This document shows positions 17,217 to 26,157 of a DNA stretch of 42,013 nt, piece by piece (position 1 is the first letter of the stretch; each line of letters starts with the position of its first letter). This DNA comes from an uncultured Pirellulales bacterium (GTDB taxonomy: Bacteria > Planctomycetota > Phycisphaerae > Sedimentisphaerales > Anaerobacaceae). The notes under the pieces were generated by a model that did not search any database, was not told the DNA's origin, and worked only from the letters and a program-made list of their open reading frames with translations. The stretch lies in NCBI GenBank assembly GCA_964348055.1, contig CAYGBH010000001.1, positions 1 through 42,013 on the forward strand, in the 5' to 3' direction. The translations under genes were made by a program, and so were the position numbers.

Positions 17217-18833
17217 TTAGCCCAAATATCCTAAATTTTTTAAATGCCTTTCTACTTCCTTTTTTTCTTCTTCGTCCAAAGCAGATTTTTTTAAAGATAT
17301 GCTTTCCTTTGCTCTTTCAAAATTGATTTTGTTGTTTTCAAGAAAGTCACGCTTAATTATCTCAGTCAGGACACGGCCGTCAACATCCTCTGGAATTGGC
17401 AATCCCATAAGATAAAGTATTGTGGGCATGATATCGTAGATATCAGCATTAATTCTTTTGCAGTTGAAACAATTTCCGTAAGCGATGAATAATCCCTTCT
17501 CGTCATGATCTCCTGTTTTGTATTTGTTTCCCAATCTGTTTTCACCCACTATAACGGTTTCCAGCGATTCGTTGATTGAATATCCCTCATTCATAATGAC
17601 TAATAAATCGGGTCTGCCCTCACTGCATTCGTCTGAATATATCAATTCGCCTTTGTAAACTGCTTTCACTATGTTTTTGCCCGTTTCAGGGTCCTTCACC
17701 TCAAGCAGTTTCTTCTCAATTAAGTCACATAATTTGTTGTAATCTTTCTGTTCTACAATTCCATCAGGTTCCCTACCTTTCAAGTTCACAGATATTATGC
17801 CATAGCCTTGTAATGAGAAAGCTTTGGTTTTTCTGTGAACAAAATCACCTTCTTTGACACCTTCAGACGGAAATGTTCTCCTAACGAGGTTTATGAGGGG
17901 AATTGGAACATGTTTTTTTAACTTTGCCCATCCTGTTTTTTTTATGATTCTTCGGATGTTAGCCACTGATATATTTAGCTTGGCCAAACTATTCTTAATT
18001 TTATAGTTGTGCCGAGATTCCAACAATCCAGATACTTTAAGAAATGTGTTGATATAAAAGCTCTTTTTAGCTTCCATGAAGCCATGATCAGAAACAATAA
18101 ATAAAACAGTCTCATCATCAAATCTTTTCAAAATATTCCCCAAAATTTCATCCAGCCATTGGTAATACTTTACGCATTCACGATCCATTGAAATGACTTC
18201 GTCCCAGAGGAAATGTTGAAGTCTATCCGGGCCAGTGAATACGAGGAAAAATAAATTCCAGGGATGATTCTCAAGCATATACTCCATCAAGTTTCTTTGG
18301 ACCTCAGTAATCTCGAAGATTTTCTTTAATAATAGATTCATGTCAGTTGAGTACGCGTATTCATCTGTGTCCACGTCAATTTGGTAATTCGGAATGAGCT
18401 CTAAGAGTCTCTTTTTTTCCTCATTAGGGTAAACAAATTCAGCGTTTAGACTTGGTGTCATCAGACCTGAGATCATAATACCGTTAACTTCATCGGGAGG
18501 ATAAGCAAAGGGTGCATTAGCAATTACTACTTTTTTCCCATGTCTGCTTAAAACATACCACACCGGCTCCGCATAAGGGGATGTATTTTTGGTAATGATT
18601 TCGGCCTTGTAGCCTTTTCTTCTCCTGAACTCATAAACACCGTGTTTACCAGGATTCTTTCCTGTAACCAATGAGGTCCAGGCTAAAGGGGATGAAGGCG
18701 GAATAGTAGAACGTAAAATCCCGTGTGTGCCACTGGTTATAACCTTTTTGAAATTCGGCAGTAGGTCCGCCCTAATATAAGGTTCAACGATACGGAGCGT
18801 CATGCCATCCAAGCCTAGTAGAAAAGTTTTCAT
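17217..18833 (-). CDS. Cytoplasmic alkaline-phosphatase-superfamily enzyme (type I phosphodiesterase/nucleotide pyrophosphatase-like, COG3379-like)
   Basis: 'LLGLDGMTLRIVEPYI...LPNFKKV...STIPPSSPLAWTSLVTGKNPGKHGV' is the AP-superfamily metal/nucleophile region. 'FIVSDHGF' and 'TGDHDEKG' are distal metal-ligand motifs. There is no signal peptide. The ATG at 18833 is preceded by GAGGGAG with 7-nt spacing; the listed start is 18857. Confidence 0.8.
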   Translation of the reverse strand: MKTFLLGLDGMTLRIVEPYIRADLLPNFKKVITSGTHGILRSTIPPSSPLAWTSLVTGKNPGKHGVYEFRRRKGYKAEIITKNTSPYAEPVWYVLSRHGKKVVIANAPFAYPPDEVNGIMISGLMTPSLNAEFVYPNEEKKRLLELIPNYQIDVDTDEYAYSTDMNLLLKKIFEITEVQRNLMEYMLENHPWNLFFLVFTGPDRLQHFLWDEVISMDRECVKYYQWLDEILGNILKRFDDETVLFIVSDHGFMEAKKSFYINTFLKVSGLLESRHNYKIKNSLAKLNISVANIRRIIKKTGWAKLKKHVPIPLINLVRRTFPSEGVKEGDFVHRKTKAFSLQGYGIISVNLKGREPDGIVEQKDYNKLCDLIEKKLLEVKDPETGKNIVKAVYKGELIYSDECSEGRPDLLVIMNEGYSINESLETVIVGENRLGNKYKTGDHDEKGLFIAYGNCFNCKRINADIYDIMPTILYLMGLPIPEDVDGRVLTEIIKRDFLENNKINFERAKESISLKKSALDEEEKKEVERHLKNLGYLG

Positions 18834-18911
18834 AATATCTCCCTCAAACACGTGCATTTCTCTATATGCTTAACCCATTTCATATCCAATCAAATACGGT
18901 CATTTCTGATT

Positions 18912-20165
18912 TCATGTCCTAATGCAATTACTTTTTTGCTTGAGTGATCTGAAATCCGAGCAAATTCTGCAGGTATTGCATGGTTGTGGCAGTTGTTCCA
19001 ATGGCATTCTTGATCTACCTAAGAAAAAACTGCGGATAGATTTGAACTTGCCTATATTCCATTGCTCTGTTAACTCCATACTGACACTATTTTGGGGACT
19101 CACAAAAATATCTGCATCTCTGAAACTGGCACAACACGGGTAAACACCACCATCGCAAGTTATAAAAAATGAATTCCATATCTCGTTACATCTTATATCC
19201 CTTCTTTTTTCCCATCTCAATTCTTTTAGATTAAACAATTCTGCCGTTGCTATCCTCCCCGTTTTGTAGAACCCCCCCATTACGGCCGGAGCAAACAGCA
19301 CTTCATCAGCCCCAACAGCCAGTGCTCTTTGCTTAAATAACTCGATTTCGTGCCAATTGTGGTCAAATACAGTGAACTTTGCCGTAATCCAAGGAAAATT
19401 CAGCTCTCTTTTTTTCCTTTCACTTGAAATTCTCTGTATGTTTTCAAACACAAGCTCGACATCACCTCCAATACGGTACTTCTCATATACCTCCTGTGTC
19501 GCACCGTCACAGGAGACAATTAACCTGTGCAATCCAGCATCAACGATTTTTCGCGCCAGTTTGTCATCTCTTATATTCAGGTTGCTGTGAATCAACGTCC
19601 ACAATCCCTTTTCCGTTGCATAAGCACAGGCAGCATAGAAACTATCATTTAGCAATGGCTCACCCCATTGCAAAAAGCCTATTTGAATAGAGCGCTTGGC
19701 AACCTTGTCAACTACACGCTTAATAGTCGGCAGTTCAGCCTTCGACATTTTTCGCGACGAGGGATGCCTCAAGCCTGTTATGCATCCGGGACATCGCAGA
19801 TTGCAGATATTGCTAATATCCATGTTCACAAAGAAGGGGGCATAGTGAACTGCTTCCACCCTATTGTGCTCGACTAGATATATGATATAATTCACGAGTT
19901 TTAAAATGCAGTGAGGCTGCGAAATAAAATTTCTATACCTAAGCAAATAGTATTTATCAAAAAGTCGAGAAACTTTCTTTACTAAACACTTGACCGTTGA
20001 GCTCAGAAAAAACGGCCTCATGTAATTTGGGAATGCTACACTCAACATCTGCTTGTGCAGATTCGACCCCTTTATGCTCTGAGGATCATATTTCGGAGGC
20101 GAGATTCCAGGTTCATATATCTGTGAACACGATTGGCCACGATTTTCCATTCTTCTCTTTTTCAT
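18912..20165 (-). CDS. Radical SAM / SPASM-domain protein with an N-terminal extension of about 110 aa
   Basis: The cluster motif is 'CNLRCPGC', with 'GEPLLN' downstream. The C-terminal auxiliary-cluster region reads 'CNEIWNSFFITCDGGVYPCC...CNTCRIC'. Its ATG lies 3 nt after the wzx stop, suggesting translational coupling. Confidence 0.88.
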   Translation of the reverse strand: MKKRRMENRGQSCSQIYEPGISPPKYDPQSIKGSNLHKQMLSVAFPNYMRPFFLSSTVKCLVKKVSRLFDKYYLLRYRNFISQPHCILKLVNYIIYLVEHNRVEAVHYAPFFVNMDISNICNLRCPGCITGLRHPSSRKMSKAELPTIKRVVDKVAKRSIQIGFLQWGEPLLNDSFYAACAYATEKGLWTLIHSNLNIRDDKLARKIVDAGLHRLIVSCDGATQEVYEKYRIGGDVELVFENIQRISSERKKRELNFPWITAKFTVFDHNWHEIELFKQRALAVGADEVLFAPAVMGGFYKTGRIATAELFNLKELRWEKRRDIRCNEIWNSFFITCDGGVYPCCASFRDADIFVSPQNSVSMELTEQWNIGKFKSIRSFFLGRSRMPLEQLPQPCNTCRICSDFRSLKQKSNCIRT

Positions 20166-20168
20166 GCT

Positions 20169-21704
20169 TTAGGCTTTTTTCATTATCTTTAGGAATTTCA
20201 TTCTAAATACTTCAACTATAAACCTATCTTCATTGTCTATGCCCCATCTACAAATCGACAGCACATATACAGCCAGAAATAATGGAACATAGATTAAAAT
20301 TCCTTGTATGGTTTCCAGATTACGTACTGCGATTCTTGTGAAAAGGCCCACGCCAAATGCTACCATGCCAAAGAATGTGGGTGTAAGGAATTTTGCGTTA
20401 TATGGATGTATTTTCCACAGCAGATATACCTCCATCAGCATTACTAAGTTGAAAACGATGATTGATGTACCGCTGGCCATAGCCGCCCCTGCCATTCCAT
20501 AGCGGGGGATAAAGATACCGTTCAGGAAGATGTTGAGTAGGAAGATACCGATCGTATTATACGTCATAAGATACTGCTTGCCTGACATCCCAAGCATAAA
20601 TCCAGCTGGTCCTGCTGCAGCATTTACGAACTGTGCAAACGCCAGAATTACCAGAGGAATCCACCCTATTACGAATTCTCGGCCGAAAATAGCCATTATC
20701 TCTTTCGGCATCAATGCTATTAGGAAGAATACTGGAAAACTCATTGTGTATACCCATTTTGTTACAGTCTTGAACAAGATTTCAAGTTTATGCTTTTCTT
20801 TTCTATTATATAGGTCAGAAATTATGGGTGCGAAAATAACATTGAAAGAAACCAGTATCATACTTGTAAGCAAGGCAGATCTCATGGCGACATTATAAAT
20901 ACCGACATTTTCAGAAGTTTTGAAATACCCCAGCATTAAGGTATCGGTCCAAATAATAAGGTAGTTCAAAAAACTAACAATTAACAGTGGAATTGAAAAC
21001 CTGAGCAGTTTGCCGACCTCCAGGACGGCCCGTACATGTACAATGTCAGGAAAGACTTTTCCAACAAAGTAGATTGAAAGAATGGAGGTCAGAAAAACTG
21101 ATATTACGTAAGCAAATACTATTCCCCTCAGCCCAAAGCCCAGCAGGAAAAAAAATACTGCTAAAAGCAAATTCGATAAAGGGAGAAATATGCACTGCCC
21201 AAGAGTCCTGTAATGCATTACCTTGAAACCACAGGTTGAGGATATACCGATTAGGAGCAACGATAAAAACGGCAAAGACAGAGACAAGAGTTTAATAACA
21301 TTTTCTATTTCAGGTTTATCAAAAATTCGTGTAAACAGAGATCCTGCTATCAAATATAATATGAACGCGATAACAGTGCTCACGACAAAAGAGTATTTCA
21401 GTGACTCTACAATTACACCTTTAACCCTCCCTTTGTCGTTAATACCATTATAAAGTGCAACATATCTAATAACACCATTCTCAAGACCCATTCTGCAAAT
21501 CATCCCAGTAACGCCGACAACAGTTAACCCCAGCACTAACAGACCAAGGGACTCCGCCCCCAATAACCTCGCCACTGTTATTATATAAAGATACTTCACA
21601 AGACTTTCCACAGCCTGTCCGACAAAAGTAATGCCCGCCCCCTCTGCAATACTGGTTAGTTCACTCTTGTGAAGTTTGGATTTATCTGCTTGGTTTATGA
21701 ACAT
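20169..21704 (-). CDS. wzx: Wzx-type polysaccharide/oligosaccharide flippase (MOP superfamily)
   Basis: It is a polytopic membrane protein of about 510 aa with many hydrophobic segments and the typical N-terminus 'SIAEGAGITFVGQAVESLVKYLYIITVARLLG'. The listed start at 21707 is TTG; the ATG is at 21704. Confidence 0.85.
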   Translation of the reverse strand: MFINQADKSKLHKSELTSIAEGAGITFVGQAVESLVKYLYIITVARLLGAESLGLLVLGLTVVGVTGMICRMGLENGVIRYVALYNGINDKGRVKGVIVESLKYSFVVSTVIAFILYLIAGSLFTRIFDKPEIENVIKLLSLSLPFLSLLLIGISSTCGFKVMHYRTLGQCIFLPLSNLLLAVFFFLLGFGLRGIVFAYVISVFLTSILSIYFVGKVFPDIVHVRAVLEVGKLLRFSIPLLIVSFLNYLIIWTDTLMLGYFKTSENVGIYNVAMRSALLTSMILVSFNVIFAPIISDLYNRKEKHKLEILFKTVTKWVYTMSFPVFFLIALMPKEIMAIFGREFVIGWIPLVILAFAQFVNAAAGPAGFMLGMSGKQYLMTYNTIGIFLLNIFLNGIFIPRYGMAGAAMASGTSIIVFNLVMLMEVYLLWKIHPYNAKFLTPTFFGMVAFGVGLFTRIAVRNLETIQGILIYVPLFLAVYVLSICRWGIDNEDRFIVEVFRMKFLKIMKKA

Positions 21705-21765
21705 CAACTTTTTGACGAACTAAATGAAATTGCATAATTCCGATGCCACTGCACCACCATATCGC

Positions 21766-21860
21766 GTCATCCTGAGCCATAGGCGAAGGATCTGGGTAGC
21801 GAGCATAATGCAACGTTGCTCTCATCCGATGGCCAGATGCTTCATTTCGTTCAGCATGAC
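21766..21860. repeat. 95-bp imperfect palindromic element (REP/MITE-like) in the wzy-wzx spacer
   Basis: The left arm is gtcatcctgagccataggcgaaggatctg (21766-21794). The right arm is cagatgcttcatttcgttcagcatgac (21834-21860), whose reverse complement is gtcatgctgaacgaaatgaagcatctg. An inner stem gagca...tgctc is also present. The termini resemble the 'GTCATCCTGAGC...GAAGGATC' palindromic repeats I recall from many environmental genomes (from memory, not checked). Confidence 0.6.
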
Positions 21861-21908
21861 AATTTTGCTCAGGTAATAACCCATTTCTGGCCTCATTTTC
21901 GTGCAATT

Positions 21909-23429
21909 TCATTTAGTTTCAGAAGGGATACTTTGAGCCTGATCTCTTGACATCTGGCGCAAAGACATGCAAATTCCGATGTATACCCAGAGCTGGGCAT
22001 ATGGGACAAGTTCTCTGCACAGTGGATTGGTCAATCCATCAAGCAGATAGCCAAAAAGTCCGGTCAAAATGGCAAGAGCTAATCCCCGAATCAATGGATC
22101 TGGACATTTCCGCAACGTCCAGCATTTAAACATTGCCAGCAGTATAGGGCCATAGAATCCAATCATGCCGAACAGGCCTATCTCGGAAACAAGATAGAGA
22201 AACAAATTGTGAACAACAAATGTTGTCTTGGAACGGTCATCCCAATTGTGTACGATCACATCAGGTTCTTCCAGCGCATAACTGTAATTTCCTGAGCCAT
22301 ACCCGAAGAAGAAATTTTGATGCCAAATACCCAGCGCTGTCCGGTTCATAGCAAATCGTAATGTCAGAAGTTCTGAGGGGGATTTAACAAAACGGACAAT
22401 AAGATATTCATAGACTCGCGGATAGGAAATACTCACGATGACGAATAACACTATGGCAATGAACAGTGCTTTTGTTTGCTTCCAGGAAAAGATGATAATC
22501 CCCAATGCGAAAACCGATGAAATACCGAAGCTGCACCAGCCGGACCGTGAGAACGTTACAATAAGTCCGCCGATACCTATAATGAGAATTATCGCGAGAG
22601 CGAGTCTAATCTTTAGCTTCCAATGCCGCATCATCATCAGAACGAAGGGAACTGGTAGAATCATACTGAAATACTCTCCCAGTACGTGAGGATCAATAGT
22701 AGTTCCCTCTGCCCTAATCTGCTCGACTATTCCAGGTGTTTTCTTTTGCACTCCAATTTCAGTATCTATTCTTGATGATGATTTGCCCTTGGTTCTGCCA
22801 ATACCTACGTTACCGGTACTTCGTTCGAAAAGGGCAAGGGAGCTTTCAAGCATGATAGCAAATAGCAGCAGTATGATAATCCACTTAAGATGACTGCGTT
22901 TAACTTTGTGCGCGATGAAATAATAGAGCATGACATGTTTGATATTATGTATAATATCAAACACACCCACTAATTTATCAGGGGCTCCGAGCAAAGACAT
23001 AGCCTGTGAGAAGATTAAGAGCAGAATAAAGAAATCGATTTTTCGAAGTTTGGGAAGCGGCTCTTTTCGTACAATAAACACTTGGCCGAACCAGATCAGA
23101 TAAGCCATCAAGAGCATCACTTCTTTCAGTCCCATGCTAAAGCCTGGCATCACGGCATACGGTATATCCTGTTTGAAAAGAACCTTCCCAAATATAGAAA
23201 AGGGAATATTAAATACCATTGCCAAAACAAGAATATCTACAATATAAGATATCCCTATCATGGACACGGAAAGGAATAAAAGTCCCACAGCAAGGGCTAA
23301 GGTAAAGCGGAATTCCAGTTGCGTTATTTTCCAGCACACCAGGGAAAATAATGCAGCGACAAACGCTGTTACCCAGTACTTAGTTTGAAAAACGCTGTCT
23401 AAAACGCGCATCGTCAATAAAAGGGGCAC
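21909..23429 (-). CDS. O-antigen polymerase/ligase family membrane protein (Wzy_C domain), probably the Wzy polymerase
   Basis: It is a 506-aa polytopic membrane protein with the 'TFSRSGW' motif before a hydrophilic loop, typical of the O-antigen ligase/polymerase family. Its position beside wzx and a Wzz-like gene favours Wzy. The start is uncertain: GTG at 23429 or ATG at 23411. Confidence 0.75.
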   Translation of the reverse strand: MPLLLTMRVLDSVFQTKYWVTAFVAALFSLVCWKITQLEFRFTLALAVGLLFLSVSMIGISYIVDILVLAMVFNIPFSIFGKVLFKQDIPYAVMPGFSMGLKEVMLLMAYLIWFGQVFIVRKEPLPKLRKIDFFILLLIFSQAMSLLGAPDKLVGVFDIIHNIKHVMLYYFIAHKVKRSHLKWIIILLLFAIMLESSLALFERSTGNVGIGRTKGKSSSRIDTEIGVQKKTPGIVEQIRAEGTTIDPHVLGEYFSMILPVPFVLMMMRHWKLKIRLALAIILIIGIGGLIVTFSRSGWCSFGISSVFALGIIIFSWKQTKALFIAIVLFVIVSISYPRVYEYLIVRFVKSPSELLTLRFAMNRTALGIWHQNFFFGYGSGNYSYALEEPDVIVHNWDDRSKTTFVVHNLFLYLVSEIGLFGMIGFYGPILLAMFKCWTLRKCPDPLIRGLALAILTGLFGYLLDGLTNPLCRELVPYAQLWVYIGICMSLRQMSRDQAQSIPSETK

Positions 23430-23470
23430 TTCAGCAGATTAGGGGATCTCTGTTTGTGATCAACAGTACT

Positions 23471-24523
23471 TTACTGAAAAAGTCTTCTTTTTTGAAAAAA
23501 AATGGAAGGGAATTTTTTGGCTGAAAAGATAATCTTAGCATCCTTTGTCGAGGTGGTGCCGGGAAAGAAGGCTACGTGTGTGTACCAAAATTCCGGAGGA
23601 AGGTCAATTTTCCTGCGTTCACTTCCGTCGGGTCGGATAGTATATAGTTGAGCAAGGGTTTTCGACTTCTTGAACTTTTCCGGGTTGAAATGCCAGAAGA
23701 CCAACAACTTGCCGTCAGGTGACCATTCAGCAACGCCTTCGACGACATTTGGCGGTGATAAATCGTTTTCCTCACTCGTTTTTAGATCAACAACAACGAG
23801 ATGCCATTCGCCCTTTTTGATATTCCGAAATATGGCGACTTTGGACTTGTCAAGTGACAACTTGGGATCATTCTCCCCTTCTGAGCCACGCGGTGGTGAG
23901 GTTATCCGTTTTAGATTCTTTCCATCGATATCCATAGTATAGATTGAGCGAGTTGGGAATTTCTTTGTCCACGCCGGAAAAACCAGCAAATCTCCAACCA
24001 TATGGGGATCTGTAGGGAAACATCCCTTGGGTACTGGAAGCCGGCGTTTCTTTTTTGTTTTGACATCTATTATGAAAAGTCCTGGCTTTCTGTCAGGTGT
24101 ATCTGTGGAGATGTATAAAATCCCTTTGTCGTCGCTTGTCCAGTAAGGATTTCCGTTGATGACGCCTTTTTTAGCCGGAGTAAGGACCTGAAGCTCCGAA
24201 CCATCGATACGGCACACCACAATCTCTGTATTATCATATCCGTTTGATTCCATGGCCACACCACTGCGTCCAATTGTGTTGAAACGCATGAATGCGATCC
24301 ATTTGTGGTCATTCGATACCTTGGCATGGTTTATCTCTCGCGTTGGATCTCTTATGATTTCCTTGATATTCTTTCCGTCTAAAGTGGAAGTTAAAACAGC
24401 AAAATACTCTGGAGCGAATGGACTCTTGGCTTTTGGCCTTTCCGGACCGGACATCGCAACAGTACAACCTGCAATAATATAGATAATTCCTATGACCAAG
24501 ACAGGAAATCTTAACGTTTTCAT
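23471..24523 (-). CDS. TolB-like (PD40/WD40-like) beta-propeller lipoprotein
   Basis: The lipoprotein signal is 'MKTLRFPVLVIGIIYIIAGC' (lipobox IAGC). PD40-like repeats are present ('VSNDHKWIAFMRF', 'PYWTSDDKGILYIS', 'WSPDGKLLVFW', 'IRPDGSERRKI'). A strong AAAGGAG lies 8 nt before the ATG. Confidence 0.8.
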   Translation of the reverse strand: MKTLRFPVLVIGIIYIIAGCTVAMSGPERPKAKSPFAPEYFAVLTSTLDGKNIKEIIRDPTREINHAKVSNDHKWIAFMRFNTIGRSGVAMESNGYDNTEIVVCRIDGSELQVLTPAKKGVINGNPYWTSDDKGILYISTDTPDRKPGLFIIDVKTKKKRRLPVPKGCFPTDPHMVGDLLVFPAWTKKFPTRSIYTMDIDGKNLKRITSPPRGSEGENDPKLSLDKSKVAIFRNIKKGEWHLVVVDLKTSEENDLSPPNVVEGVAEWSPDGKLLVFWHFNPEKFKKSKTLAQLYTIRPDGSERRKIDLPPEFWYTHVAFFPGTTSTKDAKIIFSAKKFPSIFFQKRRLFQ

Positions 24524-24630
24524 AATCTTACTCCTTTATTGATAAGTTGATATTCAAACCACAAGCAGTTTAGAGTTTACCATTTCACAGTCTCAAACGT
24601 ATAAAGTTGTCCCTAAGACCTCTGATAGAT

Positions 24631-26094
24631 TTAACTTCCGGGCCTATTAGCATCGCCCATGGGGCCTTTCCTAAGTGCCTGACACTTCTTTAAAGCCCAG
24701 GGTAAATCTATATAGACCACTTTAAGGCCTTTTATAATTGTTGTAAAGCACTTTATCAAACCAAAAATGGGACGATTTCTACAAAAATAACCACTTCCAG
24801 ACGGATCTATAAGCATCGTATATTTCGCGGCTGCAATATTATATAAACATGGGATACTTATTGGAGATACAATCAGGTCCCTTCTATTAAAAATAGTCAA
24901 AAGGCAAAGGAGCAACTGAGGCAAATGAAAATACAAATACTCATGCATACGAGCAGATATATTCATATTATCTCTGTCGGCTCGTACGTGGATTTCCTCC
25001 CAGCGAATTTGTTTAAAATACTTTTGAAAGGTTTTTTTTACTTCCGCTTTCTGGTGTTCATCCGAGATCATATTGAAAATAACACGTGGATTCTTCGGGA
25101 GTCTTTCCGAAAGTCTTCGACATATCTGATCAATTCCCCTCGATTCGATATCCATTGGCCATGACGAGAAATCCTTTTTCGAGAAATCTCCTGCCAGGAA
25201 GTCCTTTATGCCTTCCACATATGCGCGCCCAAAGTTAGGCCGAAGTGTGAAATTCTCAAAAGCAGTTTTAAGATAACTCATTTTAATCAGATAGCGGACG
25301 CCGACAACGGAGTTTTCAGGATTATAACAAAGATTGAACAGAAGAGCACTACGAATCCTATCGTGAAGTATATAAGGAAAGTTGAAGTCTTGTTTAATCT
25401 TGGCCCAGTTACGGTGCCACACCCTTGATTTAGCATGACAGCATATTCGGTAGTCGTTTCTCAGCATTCTTGTACTCCATTCGGTGTCTCCCCAGTAAAG
25501 CCAAAGACGTTCATCCCACAGCCCCAACTTGCGGTACAAGTCGGCTCTCGTGAGCGAAGAACAGCCGGGACTCAGCTCCACGTCGTACACAGCACCAGCA
25601 TTGTTATCGGACGGAATATGATAAACAACATTGGCGGTTTTCCAATCAATATTAAGACCAACGGTCACCAATTGATCTCTATTTTCGGGCTCATACACTG
25701 CCGAACCCACTGCCGCAATATCTGGATTTTTTTCAGCAGTTTCGACAAGGGGCATCAATGTATCAGAGTCGATCTGGACGTCACTATCCAATAGCCATAA
25801 ATATTTATATTGACGGTCACTTTCCAAAGCAGCCTTAATGGCCTTGTTAAAACCGGTTGCAATCCCAAGATTTTTGCTCGTCGTTGTAAGATTCACACTC
25901 GGAAATTGGTTTCTGACACATTCAACCGTGCCATCAGTAGAACCGCTATCCACCAGAAAAATATCAAGCAACTTAGGCGGGTAGTTAACTTGATTGATCT
26001 GAGAAAGCAGTGTCAACAATGGGCCACATCTGTTTTGGGTAACAGAAACAACTGCTATCGTAGGTAATTTATATGGGGATTGTTGTCTTTGCAT
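24631..26094 (-). CDS. Family 2 glycosyltransferase with a long C-terminal extension
   Basis: GT2 motifs are 'IAVVSVTQNR', 'FLVDSGSTDGT' and 'LLDSDVQI' (DxD). About 200 extra C-terminal residues have no motif I recognise. The listed start at 26109 is GTG; the ATG at 26094 is preceded by AGGTGA. Confidence 0.85.
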   Translation of the reverse strand: MQRQQSPYKLPTIAVVSVTQNRCGPLLTLLSQINQVNYPPKLLDIFLVDSGSTDGTVECVRNQFPSVNLTTTSKNLGIATGFNKAIKAALESDRQYKYLWLLDSDVQIDSDTLMPLVETAEKNPDIAAVGSAVYEPENRDQLVTVGLNIDWKTANVVYHIPSDNNAGAVYDVELSPGCSSLTRADLYRKLGLWDERLWLYWGDTEWSTRMLRNDYRICCHAKSRVWHRNWAKIKQDFNFPYILHDRIRSALLFNLCYNPENSVVGVRYLIKMSYLKTAFENFTLRPNFGRAYVEGIKDFLAGDFSKKDFSSWPMDIESRGIDQICRRLSERLPKNPRVIFNMISDEHQKAEVKKTFQKYFKQIRWEEIHVRADRDNMNISARMHEYLYFHLPQLLLCLLTIFNRRDLIVSPISIPCLYNIAAAKYTMLIDPSGSGYFCRNRPIFGLIKCFTTIIKGLKVVYIDLPWALKKCQALRKGPMGDANRPGS

Positions 26095-26157
26095 AGATTT
26101 GAAATTCACCTAAAGGACTGTTATTTTGATCTGTTAAAGAAGGGAAAAACTTATAAC

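Noticed and set aside
21682-21912. A 76-aa ORF spanning the wzy-wzx spacer, starting in an ATGA overlap with the wzy stop
   Set aside because: Most of its length is the translation of the palindromic repeat element, and its end overlaps the wzx start in another frame. The ATGA overlap is probably fortuitous. I kept it as a caveat in the repeat finding.
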